Of a stretch of DNA of 64,000 nt, positions 44,334 to 55,369 are shown piece by piece; the stretch's first letter is position 1; every line of letters begins with the position of its first letter. The position numbers were made by a program, and so were the translations under genes. This DNA comes from an uncultured Verrucomicrobiae bacterium (GTDB lineage: Bacteria; Verrucomicrobiota; Verrucomicrobiia; Limisphaerales; JAFGQR01). The stretch is from contig CAWBHS010000057.1 in the NCBI GenBank assembly GCA_963788655.1, forward strand, positions 224,001 through 288,000. Direction: 5' to 3'. The notes beneath the pieces were generated by a model, which made no database searches, was not told the DNA's origin, and saw only the letters and a program-made list of their open reading frames with translations.

Positions 44334-45800
44334 ATGAACACAAACCTGTTTCGCCGGACCCCAGCCATCGTTGCGGCGGTGTTGGGCGCCATCCTGTTGA
44401 CCAGCCAAGCCACCCGTGGTGAGGAATACGCCGTGGTCGTGTCGCGGCAGACCCAAGCCAATCCCGCCTGGCGCCGGGTCGTGGACGTTCTTCGGGAAAA
44501 CCACCAGGGAACGGTCATCGTTTACGATGCCTCCGTGGAAGAGTCCCTGCCGGCCTTGCGCCGCCAGTTTCCACGCTATGCATGTTTCGTGGCGCAACCG
44601 CAGGAAGCCACGCGCGAATTCGTCGCCCAAGTCCACCAGCTTACGCGGAAGCTGGATGACGATCCATACACCGACGTGTTTTGGGGCATTCTCACCGGTT
44701 ACAACGCTGAGACCGCGCTGCGCATTGCTTCCTGCACGAAACGTTTGACCGTCCACAAAGTCGCCGGTGGCACTGAGGTGGCGCTGAACTCATGCGACGA
44801 GGGCGTCTGGTATTGCGAACTCAAGCAGGGACGCATGGTGCAAAAGCAGCCCGGCAAAGAACCACAGGAGTTGAAAGGCCCCGCGGACACCACCGCCGCG
44901 CTGGTCAACACCTTGAACGACTATGCGGCCGACCTGTTTGTCACTTCCGGGCACGCGACCGAACACGACTGGCAAATTGGTTATGCCTACCGCAACGGGC
45001 AGTTCCGCTGCGAGAATGGGGTGCTCTTCGGCCTCGACACGCAGAGCAAACGCTACCCCGTCCATTCGCCCAATCCGAAAGTGTATCTCCCGATTGGCAA
45101 TTGCCTGATGGGCCACATCGACAACACCAACGCCATGGCGCTGGCCTGGATGAACAGCGGCGGGGTCAACCAAATGATCGGCTACACCGTAACGACCTGG
45201 TATGGCTACGCGGGTTGGGGGTGCCTCGATTACTTCGTGGAACAACCGGGACGCTACACGTTCACGGAAGCCTTCTTCGCGAACCAGGCCGCCTTGATGC
45301 ACCGGTTGCTGACCTATTTCCCGGGCCTGGCGCAGGCTCCTAACCCGGTCAACGGCCGTTTGCCCGCCCCCGGGAAGCCTTCGGAAAAGGCCCAGCAAGC
45401 CGGATTGAATCCCAACGATGGCCGAGGCCTGCTGTATGACCGTGATGTCTTGGCCTTCTACGGTGACCCAGCTTGGGAAGCGCGCATGGATAAACACCCG
45501 TGCGCCTGGGACCAGACGTTGACGGAAAACAACGGAGTTTATACCTTCGACCTCAAACCCAACCGCGGCGAACAAACCTTCGAGCCAATCAACAAAAATG
45601 GCTCTCAACGCGGCGGGCGGCCCATCGTTCAATTCCTGCCCCAGCGTATCAAAAACATTCGCATCCTGGAAGGTGAGGACTTGGCGCCCGTAATCACCGA
45701 CAATTTCATCCTCGTCCCCAATCCCCGCACGTGTGATCCGCAGAAGCAATATCGCGTGCGGTTTACGGCCAAAACAATCAAGCCGGCGACCTCCAATTAA
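44334..45800 (+). CDS. Secreted protein, probable clan CD (peptidase C25/gingipain-like) fold
   Basis: Signal peptide; LFVTSGHAT..W, PKVYLPIGNCLMGHID, AWMNSGG..MIGY and FYGDPAW follow the His/Cys dyad and GDP motif order of C25 peptidases. Confidence 0.55.
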   Translation: MNTNLFRRTPAIVAAVLGAILLTSQATRGEEYAVVVSRQTQANPAWRRVVDVLRENHQGTVIVYDASVEESLPALRRQFPRYACFVAQPQEATREFVAQVHQLTRKLDDDPYTDVFWGILTGYNAETALRIASCTKRLTVHKVAGGTEVALNSCDEGVWYCELKQGRMVQKQPGKEPQELKGPADTTAALVNTLNDYAADLFVTSGHATEHDWQIGYAYRNGQFRCENGVLFGLDTQSKRYPVHSPNPKVYLPIGNCLMGHIDNTNAMALAWMNSGGVNQMIGYTVTTWYGYAGWGCLDYFVEQPGRYTFTEAFFANQAALMHRLLTYFPGLAQAPNPVNGRLPAPGKPSEKAQQAGLNPNDGRGLLYDRDVLAFYGDPAWEARMDKHPCAWDQTLTENNGVYTFDLKPNRGEQTFEPINKNGSQRGGRPIVQFLPQRIKNIRILEGEDLAPVITDNFILVPNPRTCDPQKQYRVRFTAKTIKPATSN

Positions 45801-45888
45801 GCGTCTGACCTGATGATTGACTTAAAACCAATCCAATCGACCAGCACCGGAGGCAAACCTCTGTTCAGGTCACGGCGGGCGGTTCCTT

Positions 45889-46087
45889 CCCCCTCACCCC
45901 GGCCCTCTCCCCCGGGGAGAGGGAAAACGTTCGGCGCTTGTGGGGTGAGGCGAGTGGCCTGCAACTCTCCGCGGCGGAATGGTGTGATCCACTCAGCGGT
46001 GCCGAGGGCTGATGACGCCTCGGAGTTTCGGTGGGCGCTCGCCGGCTGTTCCCTCTCCCCGAGGGAGAGGGTCAGGGTGAGGGGGAA
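45889..46087. repeat. REP/MITE-like doublet (CCCTCACCCyGrCCCTCTCCC..GGAGAGGG inverted pair)
   Basis: Left arm 45889-45924, inverted right arm 46050-46087; same family at 57616-57812. Confidence 0.85.
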
Positions 46088-46178
46088 CATGGTGTTCTAC
46101 GTTCCATCCGCGTTGAATACGTCCGGAACCGCAAAACATCTCAAATCTTCCAAAGGCTGCAGGTTTCCTTAAAAGCAG

Positions 46179-47252
46179 ATGCGTCACCGCAATCATTCGC
46201 GAGCCATCCTGACCTTCCAGCACCTCTACGTCTGGTTGTGCGGTTGCTGCCTGTATGCGGCAGTGCTGGGATCGGCAACGGTTCGGGCAGATTCGGTGGA
46301 TTTGCCTTCCGTTTCCACAGAGCAAATTTACCGGCACTGCCAGGCGGCCGGCGTGGAAATTCTTGTCGCGGGCCGGCACAGTGGCAGTGGCTGGTTTGCC
46401 GACGCAAATGGTTTGCTGGTCACCGCGGCCCACATCTTTTCGCGACGCGGTTCGCGCGTTGAAATTCTCTCGCCGCAATACGGTCGTCTCCCCGCCGAAT
46501 TGGTGGCGGTGAACCGGGGCAACGACGCGGCGATTCTGAAGGTCAGTCCGCGCCCCGAGGGATACGCCACCCTTCCGTTTGCCGCCGAGACTCCGCGCGT
46601 GGGCGAAGAAATCTTCCAGTTCGGTTCACCGCTCTTTCGCCCCGAGGTTCTTCAGGCCGGCAAAGTGGCGCGTTGCGACACCGCCTTCGAGTACGACGGG
46701 GAAGCGATTGGTTATGTGGAAATCATTCACGTGTCGGCCATGATGCAGAGTGGCACTTCAGGCGGTCCCTGGTTGAACCATCGCGGTGAAGTTGTCGGCC
46801 TCCAGTCCGGCGTCATGTCACTGGACAACAAACCCGTAGGGATCGCCTACCTGGCCCCCGCTGACCCCATTCGCAAGCTCCTGAACACCTTGCGCGATGC
46901 GGACACCCCAACCCTGGGCGTTGGCGTGGACGAGCTCTGGCAGCAACCCGCCGATTTGCTGAAGCAACTGCCCGCGGGCACGGAAGGCTTGCGGATCGCT
47001 CGCTTGCGCGAAAACGGTCCCGCCGCCCGTGCCGGCGTCCAGACCGGCGACATTATCCTTGAAGCGGACCATCACCAGTTGAGTCGCATTGGCGATTTGC
47101 TGCGTCTCATCCGCCGCCTGCAACCGGGAAATTCCATGACCTTGAAGATCCTCCGGTCGCCTGAAACCAATCAAATCGGACGGACCGTGGTATTAGGGCG
47201 GGCGGAAGACGCTTTGGGCAGTCCCGCCAAAGACGAAAAACCAGAATCCTAG
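46179..47252 (+). CDS. S1C (HtrA/DegP-like) trypsin serine protease with C-terminal PDZ
   Basis: [35 protein letters not shown] catalytic triad; [17 protein letters not shown] motif. Confidence 0.9.
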   Translation: MRHRNHSRAILTFQHLYVWLCGCCLYAAVLGSATVRADSVDLPSVSTEQIYRHCQAAGVEILVAGRHSGSGWFADANGLLVTAAHIFSRRGSRVEILSPQYGRLPAELVAVNRGNDAAILKVSPRPEGYATLPFAAETPRVGEEIFQFGSPLFRPEVLQAGKVARCDTAFEYDGEAIGYVEIIHVSAMMQSGTSGGPWLNHRGEVVGLQSGVMSLDNKPVGIAYLAPADPIRKLLNTLRDADTPTLGVGVDELWQQPADLLKQLPAGTEGLRIARLRENGPAARAGVQTGDIILEADHHQLSRIGDLLRLIRRLQPGNSMTLKILRSPETNQIGRTVVLGRAEDALGSPAKDEKPES

Positions 47253-47265
47253 AAAGGAGCGCATC

Positions 47266-48455
47266 ATGTATGGATCATTGCAACCTCACCTGAAGCAGCA
47301 GTTGGAGCAAATTCAACAGGCCGGCACGTTCAAAAACGAGCGCGTTATCATGACGCCGCAGGGCGCCACCATCCGGGTGGCGGACGGCCAACCGGTGCTG
47401 AATTTGTGCGCCAACAATTACCTCGGCCTGGCGCAACATCCCGACGGTGACCGCCGCCGCGCATGCCGCGCTGGACCAATGGGGCTACGGTCTGGCGTCG
47501 GTGCGTTTCATCTGCGGCACCCAAGGCGTCCACAAACAACTCGAAACGAAGCTGAGCGAGTTCCTCGGCACGGACGACACCATTCTTTACAGCTCCTGTT
47601 TCGATGCCAACGGTGGATTGTTCGAAACCCTGCTTGGCCCCGAGGACGCAATCATTTCCGACGAACTCAATCACGCGAGCATCATCGACGGCGTCCGTTT
47701 GTGCAAAGCGCAGCGGTTGCGTTACCGCAACAACGACATGGCCGACCTCGAAGCCCGACTGCGCGAAGCCAGTCAGGCCCGGTTCAAAATGATCGCCACC
47801 GACGGCGTGTTTTCCATGGACGGTTACATTGCCAACCTGCCGGCGATTTGCGACCTGGCGGAGCAAGCATGGCGCCCTGGTCATGGTGGACGACTCGCAC
47901 GCCGTCGGCTTCATGGGCCAACGCGGCCGGGGCACGCCCGAGCATCACGGGGTCATGGGCCGCGTGGACATCATCACCGGGACGCTGGGCAAGGCGTTGG
48001 GCGGTGCCAGCGGCGGTTACACCAGCGGCCGCAAGGAAATCATCGACTTCCTGCGTCAACGTTCGCGGCCGTATTTGTTTTCGAACACCCTCTGCCCCAC
48101 CATTGCCGGCGCCTCGTTGAAAGTGCTGGACCTGTTGACCGAATCCACGGCCCTGCGCGATCAACTCGAGGCCAACACCAAGTTCTTCCGCGCCGAGATG
48201 ACCAGTCGCGGCTTTCAAATCCTGCCCGGCGAACACCCCATTGTGCCGGTCATGCTGGGCGACGCGGCGCTCGCAACCCGCTTCGCCGATGCCATGCTTG
48301 CCAAAGGTGTTTACGTGATTGGCTTCAGTTACCCGGTCGTTCCCAAAGACAAAGCCCGAATTCGCACGCAAATTTCCGCCGCGCATTCCCGCGAAGACCT
48401 CGAGTTGGCGCTTCGGGCTTTCAGTGAAGTTAAAAGCGAATTGGGCTTGGCGTGA
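47266..48455 (+). CDS. kbl: Glycine C-acetyltransferase (2-amino-3-ketobutyrate CoA ligase); frameshifts at ~47443 and ~47867
   Basis: Three ORFs join: [92 protein letters not shown]. Confidence 0.92.
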
Positions 48456-48473
48456 TCCCGCATCATTGATCCC

Positions 48474-49853
48474 ATGGCCATCTCCGTCCTGGACATGTTC
48501 ACCATCGGCATTGGCCCGAGCAGTTCGCACACGGTGGGGCCAATGCGGGCGGCGCGGCGGTTCGCGCAGGAAGTTGAAGCCACCGGTTCGTTGCCGCAGG
48601 TGAGCACGTTGAAACGCACCTATACGGTTCGCTGGCGTTGACCGGCAAGGGCCATGGCTCCGACCGGGCCCTGATGCTCGGTCTCGAAGGCGAAACCCCC
48701 GAGGACGTGTCATTGGAGCGCATCCCGGCCATCATCGAGCGCATCCACACCGAACACCGTCTCCAGCTTGGCGGCACGCACGAGGTCAAATTTGATGACG
48801 CCACCGATCTTCGGTTCCATCGCACGCAACGGCTCCCGTTGCATTCGAACGGAATTCGATTTTTCGCGCGCACTTCAGACGGAGGCACTCTTCTGGGCCG
48901 CACCTACTACAGCATTGGCGGCGGCTTTGTGTTGAGCGAAGCGGAGGCCAACGATCCCAACCTGCGCCGCGTTCCGGATTCTCTGCCGTTTCCCTACCAA
49001 TGCGGCGATGATCTGCTGCGAATGGCGCGCGAGTCCGGCTTGAGCGTCAGTGAGATGACCTTGCGCAATGAATCCGCCTGGCGGCCGGAAGCCGAAACCC
49101 GCGCCGCGCTGTTGCGCGTGTGGCGGGCCATGCATGAGATGCGTCGAACGCGGCTGCCGGGCTGAAGGAACATTGCCGGGACCGATGCACGTCACCCGTC
49201 GCGCGCCGCGGCTGTTTCGCGAACTGACGGAACGTCCCGAGGTCAACCTGCGCGATCCGCTGGCGGTGATTGATTGGGTCAGCATGTGGGCCATGGCGGT
49301 CAACGAAGAGAACGCCACCGGCGGACGCGTCGTCACCGCGCCGACCAACGGCGCCGCAGGCATCCTGCCGGCCGTGTTGCATTACCTGGTGCAGATTCGC
49401 GGTGCGAACGAGGACCGCATTGTGCGGTTCCTGCTGACCGCCGGGGCGATTGGGATATCTGTTCAAGCTGAACGCCTCCATTTCCGGCGCCGAAGTCGGC
49501 TGTCAGGGCGAAGTGGGTGTGGCCTGTTCCATGGCGGCGGCAGCGTTGACGGAAGCCTTGGGCGGCACCGTGCTCCAGGTTGAAAATGCCGCCGAGATCG
49601 GCATGGAACATCACCTCGGCCTGACTTGCGATCCCATCGGCGGGCTGGTGCAAATCCCGTGCATCGAGCGGAACGCCGTGGGCGCCGATGAAAGCCATCA
49701 GCGCCGCGCGCCTGGCGCTTGGCCGGCGACGGCACGCATCGCGTATCGCTCGACAAGGTCATCGCCACCATGCGGCAGACCGGTGCGGACATGCGGACCA
49801 AATACAAGGAGACTTCCCGCGGCGGTCTCGCCGTGAACGTGGTCGAATGTTGA
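48474..49853 (+). CDS. sdaA: L-serine ammonia-lyase (Fe-S dependent, single chain); about 5 frameshifts
   Basis: [113 protein letters not shown]. Confidence 0.85.
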
Positions 49854-49908
49854 CCAGCAAACGCAGAGTCACCACTGGGGAACGCTGGTTCCGGTCTGCT
49901 GAAGTGAT

Positions 49909-50370
49909 TCACTCGAATTTGATCGCCAGGACCAGATCGTCCTTGTGATCAAAGAGCGGCGCGGTTTTTTCGATTTCCTTCGCCTTCAATCCAAACGCCT
50001 TGACGAATTTTTTGTTCCTGGTCACCAACACGGCGTCGGCGTCCCGATATTGGGCTTGCCGGGCACAATCGCGCTGCCGGTCTTTTTCGGGAAACAGTCC
50101 TTCGGCCAATCCCCGCCCGACAATGCCGATGCCGCTGGTGCGCGGATCGTAAATGCGACCCACGATCTTGTATTTCTTTGCGGCAGACTGAGGTAAATCG
50201 GCACCGCGAAGTCCTTGATAACCTGGGCGCCATTGCCGGTTGGCCAGGCCTCTTGCTGAACCGCCGTAGGCAATAAAGTGCGCGTCGCCAAAAGATTTGT
50301 CGTCGGCCCGGAGGGACATTGTTGTGCCGATGCCGAGCACTGCCATCATACATATCGCTAACGTTTTCAT
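49909..50370 (-). CDS. Small secreted hypothetical protein (compensating frameshift pair ~50185-50260)
   Basis: MKTLAICMMAVLGIGTTMSLRA signal. The alternate frame QEAWPTGNGAQVIKDFAVPIYLSLP bridges to KKYKIVGRIYDPR. Confidence 0.6.
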   Translation of the reverse strand: MKTLAICMMAVLGIGTTMSLRADDKSFGDAHFIAYGGSARGLANRQWRPGYQGLRGADLPQSAAKKYKIVGRIYDPRTSGIGIVGRGLAEGLFPEKDRQRDCARQAQYRDADAVLVTRNKKFVKAFGLKAKEIEKTAPLFDHKDDLVLAIKFE

Positions 50371-50706
50371 AAAACACACCTGATTTACCGTAGCCGAGGT
50401 CCGCTTGGAATCAAGGGGCACTTTGGCAAGCAAGGCCAGCGGACTTGATGGCCGGGCGATGGATTCTGAGTCCGAGGCTCTTGATTCGCAGTCAAGCCAG
50501 CCCGGCGATTTGGCGCCTTCCCCGCCTTCTCGCAGCAGCCGACTTCAGGAGGCTCAAATTTCCTCGAAAGACACAACTGCTGGCGAAAAATGAGCCTGCC
50601 AAGGAACGATAGGGACGCATTCCATGGCGTCCCCAGATTTATTCGAACAGACTCAGGGACGCGGTGGAAGCGCCATACCAGCCGTTCCATGGTCCGATCC
50701 AGCGAC

Positions 50707-53198
50707 TTATGGAAGGTAATGGACCGTGGCCGACCTAGTGCCGCGCGGAAGTTGCCACGTCCCGGCCGGAAACCGCAACGGCCTGCCCAGTCGGCCTCAA
50801 CGGCCTGCACTCCGCTGCCGAAGCGGCAGGGATAAATGAGTCGCACATTGGCCGGTGGCGGCTGGGTGATCTTGATCTGAACTTGATGGGCGTTCAATCG
50901 ATGAGTTAATCGGTAGCCGAAGGTTTGCCCGAACACCGTCGGCGCATTTTCCACGCCGGCGGTTTCTCCATCCTTCAGCCAATGCGGCATCACTCCCGGG
51001 GCGAGGTAGATTTGCGCGTCGCCATCTTCATCGGCCTCGAAGAAAAGGATGTCGCGCAGCAAGGTCATGAACTCCGCGCACGCCCAGCCATGGGGAATGT
51101 CGCCCATGTACCAAAACCGATTGGGCAGTTCCGCGAAGTCTTTGGCAATCGGGTAACAATGTTGTTCGTTCCAGGCGCCAAGCACCACTTGCCAGGGAGA
51201 GGGCGAGTTGATCCGACTGACGGTCGAGTAAGCGGCGTTGCCCACAAGCCATTGCAGGCATTGGTCCATCCGAGCCGGGTCGCCGATGAGCAAAAAGGCG
51301 TGGGCCAATTGCAGGGTCAAATAGGGTCCGTAGCAATTCCAGGCGCTGTCGTGACGAAAGCCGCCGTCCATGAAGTGGGCCCAAATCGTTTCGAGCGTCA
51401 TGCGCGCGGCAAGATCAATGTCCGCTCCCAACTTGGCGCCGTCGTAAAGCCGACAGGGATGAAAATAGCAGAGCACGCCAATGATTGTGGAATCGAGGCG
51501 TCCCACGTCGCCGGGACCGGTGGGAATGAACGTTTCCCAATAACCGCGCTGCCGTTGTTGATCCAGCACCCAACGAATGGAATTGGCCGTCGCGTCGCGC
51601 AGCGAATCGTAAGCGTGCCAGAGTTCGTCAGCTTCGCCTGCACCCAGTCGTTGCGCCAGTCGCGCGGCTTCCCAGAGGCCGGCAATGCTCCACAAGTCAT
51701 CCCAAAAATGGGGCTGGCCTTTGTCCCCGATATGCTCGGCGCTCCAGCCGCTGGGGAGCAGGCCGAACGGTGTGCGATTGTCGCGAATCCAGCGCGCACC
51801 GTCGAGGATGTACGGAGTGAACAAGCCGCGCCCGAAATTCGCTGCGCTCCCGAGAAGGCGGTCCATGCGGCCAAAGGCCCACAGCGCCTCGCCGTTGCTG
51901 TCCCACTCGCGATCGTTCTTCTCGTGCGTGCCGCCAAAGAAACCGTGCAGCGAAACCCCGTCGTTTTGCTCGTAGCCAAAGTTGAACACCGAGGGATGCC
52001 AGTAGCCGAGTTGGCGCTGGGCAAGATTGGCATCGCCGACCAGCGCGGCGGCGATGGCTTCGACCGACGAATCACGAATCCAGAATTCATCGTAGATGGT
52101 CGGCCCCGGATGAATCTGGCCGTCGTCGGCGAGGATGAGCAAGTTGGCGCGGCACGTGCGGAACAAATTCCACAAGGGCGTGACCAGCGGTGGGAGCGTC
52201 GCTTGCAATCCGGTCGTATCGAGCTTTTGCGTCCACCAGTTGCGGTTGGCCGTATCGAGCGCACCGGCATCGGCGGCGCGGAGTGTGACGAGGTCGTTGG
52301 CGCCGCGAAAATCGTCCACGGGCAATCGCACATCGAGTGCGAAGTTGGGCTGCGCGGGCGACAAATTCACCGGCCAGACGAACGCACCCCGGCAGATGCC
52401 GGCGATATTGTCCACCGCGACCTGGAACCCATTGAGCGCCCCATGGGTGGCCAGATGGTTGAACGGACTTTGCTCCAGGTAAAAATCCGGATCGTAAGAA
52501 TTGCCATTGCCATAGGTGCCGAAAGAAGCCGGCGCCCGGTCAAACAACGGACCGTGGCTGGAGTTGATCACGAGCCTTTGTTCCGCCGGAAGATACTGCA
52601 TGAACGTCAACCGCCGATCGGCCGTGTAGCGGCCGGCGCGGTCGTGGCGTTTAAAGCCAGTCGGGCCTTCGGGTGAAACAACCAGTCCAAACCAGAGCGA
52701 AGCCGGCGCCGCTTGCGTGAGCCTGAGTTGGTACCGGGCCAACACCGCGCTCTTTTGGTCGGGACCAACCGTCGTGGCGAACGCTTTGGCTTGCACTTCG
52801 CAGCCCCAACGCGCGGGCCAGGTGGTGACCACGGTGGGCAGATAACCATTCTCCAGGTGTTGTTGCAGCGGCGTGAATTGGGGGAAGTCAAACTGGCGTG
52901 TGGCCGGATCGAAGAGAAAGAAGCTCAGCGCGTACTCATCATAAACCGGCTCGATTTCGCCCGCCTGGCCCACCAGGCATTCCTGCGGCGCGTCCTTGAC
53001 GCCGATCATGTTCCAGTAGCGGTAATTGGCATTGGACGCGAAGGCGCCTTCTTTCGTGTCGAACAGTCCGGCGTCGAACACATCCGTCCAGCGTCGGAAG
53101 TATTGCTGCACCCACCAGGGCAACGGCGCCGGCCGACCTCGTCCCTGAATGCGCCACATCACTTCGTAGAACAACCACTCGTGCGTTTGCGGTTGCAT
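50707..53198 (-). CDS. Putative (alpha/alpha)6-barrel glycoside hydrolase (GH15/GH63/amylo-alpha-1,6-glucosidase-like superfamily); indels near C-terminus
   Basis: PGPTIYDEFWIRDSS, EWDSNGEALW, GLLPSGWSAEH, HFWDDLW, MGDIPHGWACAEF. SD AGAAAGGA. True end probably ...SATVHYLP* at 50707 rather than 50385. Confidence 0.65.
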
Positions 53199-53439
53199 AA
53201 ACAGATTCCTTTCTTTTCGGGTTCAACCCTTTTCCGACGATTTCGCAGCGGTTACTTGCGGAATCTAACCGGTGGCAAGCGGCTTGCAACCTAAATGGAG
53301 AAGAAGGAATCACGGTCTTTGCAGTGTGAAAAACGACCCATCCCTGCGTTCACGTATCACTCGACCGCATCGCAGAACGGTAAACTGCATGATGCGGCTT
53401 CCATCCCCGGCAGCCTGGACATGGCGAACGGTTTGCCGA

Positions 53440-53695
53440 AGGCACTTCGGCGATACAGCAGGTTGATAATCTGCGCTACGGAAAAGTGTAGCCGAACCTG
53501 CCGTCTCATCAGTACGTGTTGAGGGGGGTGAACGTTCGAACACTCCGTTCCGGCAAGCTGCCGGCAGCACGTTGCGTCTGCCACCGGGAACTGGGTTGGG
53601 GCCCCCACGTTGCCGGCCCGGCAAAACCCCAGCGGATTTCGGGAACCGGACTTCGGTCGGACGTTGGATTTCGGATTTCTCACTTCGGATTTTAC
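53440..53695. repeat. Cluster of degenerate REP-like palindromes and heptamer repeats upstream of cysS
   Basis: GATACAGCAGGTTGATAATCTGCGCTAC, CCGGCAAGCTGCCGG palindrome and TTCGGAT repeats. Confidence 0.45.
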
Positions 53696-53754
53696 TGCCA
53701 CATTTGCCCTTTTCTTTCGCCCTTGGCTCCCTGATGATCACCGCGCTTTTCGCT

Positions 53755-55171
53755 ATGACATTGAAGCTGTTTAACACATTAACCCGCTCCGTCGAAGAAT
53801 TCGTGCCGCTGGACCCGGAAGGTAAAAAAGTCGGCATGTATTGCTGCGGCCCGACGGTGTATGACTTCGCGCATATCGGTAATTTCCGGACGTTTGTTTT
53901 TGCCGACCTGGTGCGCCGTTACCTCGAGTTCCGCGGCTTCAAGGTCAATCACGTGATGAACATCACGGACGTGGAAGACAAGATCATTCGCCGCGTCAGC
54001 GAGACCGGCAAGCCGCTCCCGGAATACACTGCCCAATACGAAAAGGCCTTCCTCGAAGACCTGCAGACCCTGGGTTGTTTGCGGCCCCACCAAATGCCGC
54101 GAGCCACCGAGCACATCGGGGAGATCATTGGCCTGATCAAGAAACTGGTCGATCGCGGCATTGCTTACCAGGCGCCGGACGGATCGGTGTATTTCAGCAT
54201 CGAGAAATACCAGGGCTGCGGCTGCCGTTATGGGCAATTGGTCAAGTTGAATTTCGAGCAAATGCGTCCCGGCGAACGCGTCGCGAGCGACGAATATAGC
54301 AAGGAATCCCTGGCCGATTTCGCGCTCTGGAAAGCGCGCGTGCCCGAGGACGGCGCGGTGTTCTGGCCCAGTCCGTGGGGCGAGGGCCGTCCCGGCTGGC
54401 ACATCGAGTGCAGCGCCATGAGCATGAAAATGCTTGGGCCGAGCTTCGACCTGCACCTGGGCGGCGAGGATCTGGCGTTTCCGCATCACGAAGACGAAAT
54501 CGCCCAAAGCGAAGGCGCCGGCGTGCAACCGCCGGGCCAGGGTTTCGTCAAGTATTGGCTGCACGGCGCCCACTTGCTGGTGAACGGCAAGAAAATGAGC
54601 CAAGTCGCTCGGCAACTTCTTTACGCTGCGCGACCTGGTGGACAAAGGATTCGCGGGCCGCGAAATTCGCTTCCTCATGCTCTCGGCCCATTACCGGGAA
54701 TCCTTCAATTTCACCGAGGATGGTCTCCAGGGAGCCCGCTCGTCATTGGCACGTTTGGATGAGTGCCTGGCCAAACTCACCGAGTTGGCCGGCAAGAAAA
54801 AGGCGAACGCGGATGCGCAATTGCTCGAACGCTTCACTGAAGCTCTGGACAACGATCTCAATGTCTCGGCCGGTTGGGGTGCCGTGTTCGAATGGGTTCG
54901 TGACATGAACCGCGCCCAAGCGGAGGAGCAATTGTCACCCGAGCAAGCCGCGGCCGGACTGGCGGCTTGGGAGAAAATCGACAAGGTGTTTGGGTTGGGG
55001 GAAAAGGGGGGCGAGGAAGCACCACCGGAATTCACGGACCTGTTGGCGCAGCGTCAGGCCGCGCGCCAAGCCAAAGACTTTGCGCGCGCCGATGCCTTGC
55101 GCGACGAATTAAAAGCCAAAGGCTGGATCATCGATGACACCCCCAAAGGGCCGCGGTTGAAGAAAGCGTAG
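53755..55171 (+). CDS. cysS: Cysteine--tRNA ligase; +1 frameshift at ~54601
   Basis: LKLFNTLTR, MYCCGPTVYDFAHIGN, NITDVEDKII, DFALWK, GRPGWHIECSAMS, FPHHEDEIAQS. AAA ATG AGC C AAG TCG CTC GGC AAC gives KMSKSLGN if one C is removed. C-terminal ADALRDELKAKG. Confidence 0.95.
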
Positions 55172-55200
55172 CCGGGTGGACGGACCATGGAACGACGTGG

Positions 55201-55365
55201 ACAATGGCCCTTGCAGAATGCCCAATGCCCAATGCCCGATGCCCGATGACCAAAGATTGCCCAATTGCCAAAAACCGCCTTGCCAGTGTAAGGCTGCCCA
55301 GTCACAGATTGGACCTGGGGATTGGGAAATTCTCTGGTCATTGGTTATTGAGCATTGGTTATTAG
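55201..55365. repeat. Inverted heptamer repeat tracts (CAATGCC / CATTGGT) between convergent genes
   Basis: aatgcccaatgcccaatgcccgatgcccgatgacc ... ggtcattggttattgagcattggttatt. Confidence 0.7.
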
Positions 55366-55369
55366 TGAG

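Noticed and set aside
45797..46478. Short ORFs over REP-like elements (PLTLTLSLGERE-type), also 57216..58097 and 53310..53837
   Set aside because: These are translations of palindromic or heptamer repeats, not credible proteins.
50385..50706. C-terminal extension of the glycoside hydrolase ORF to 50385
   Set aside because: Read-through caused by indels near 50750-50790; the extension runs across REP-like repeats.
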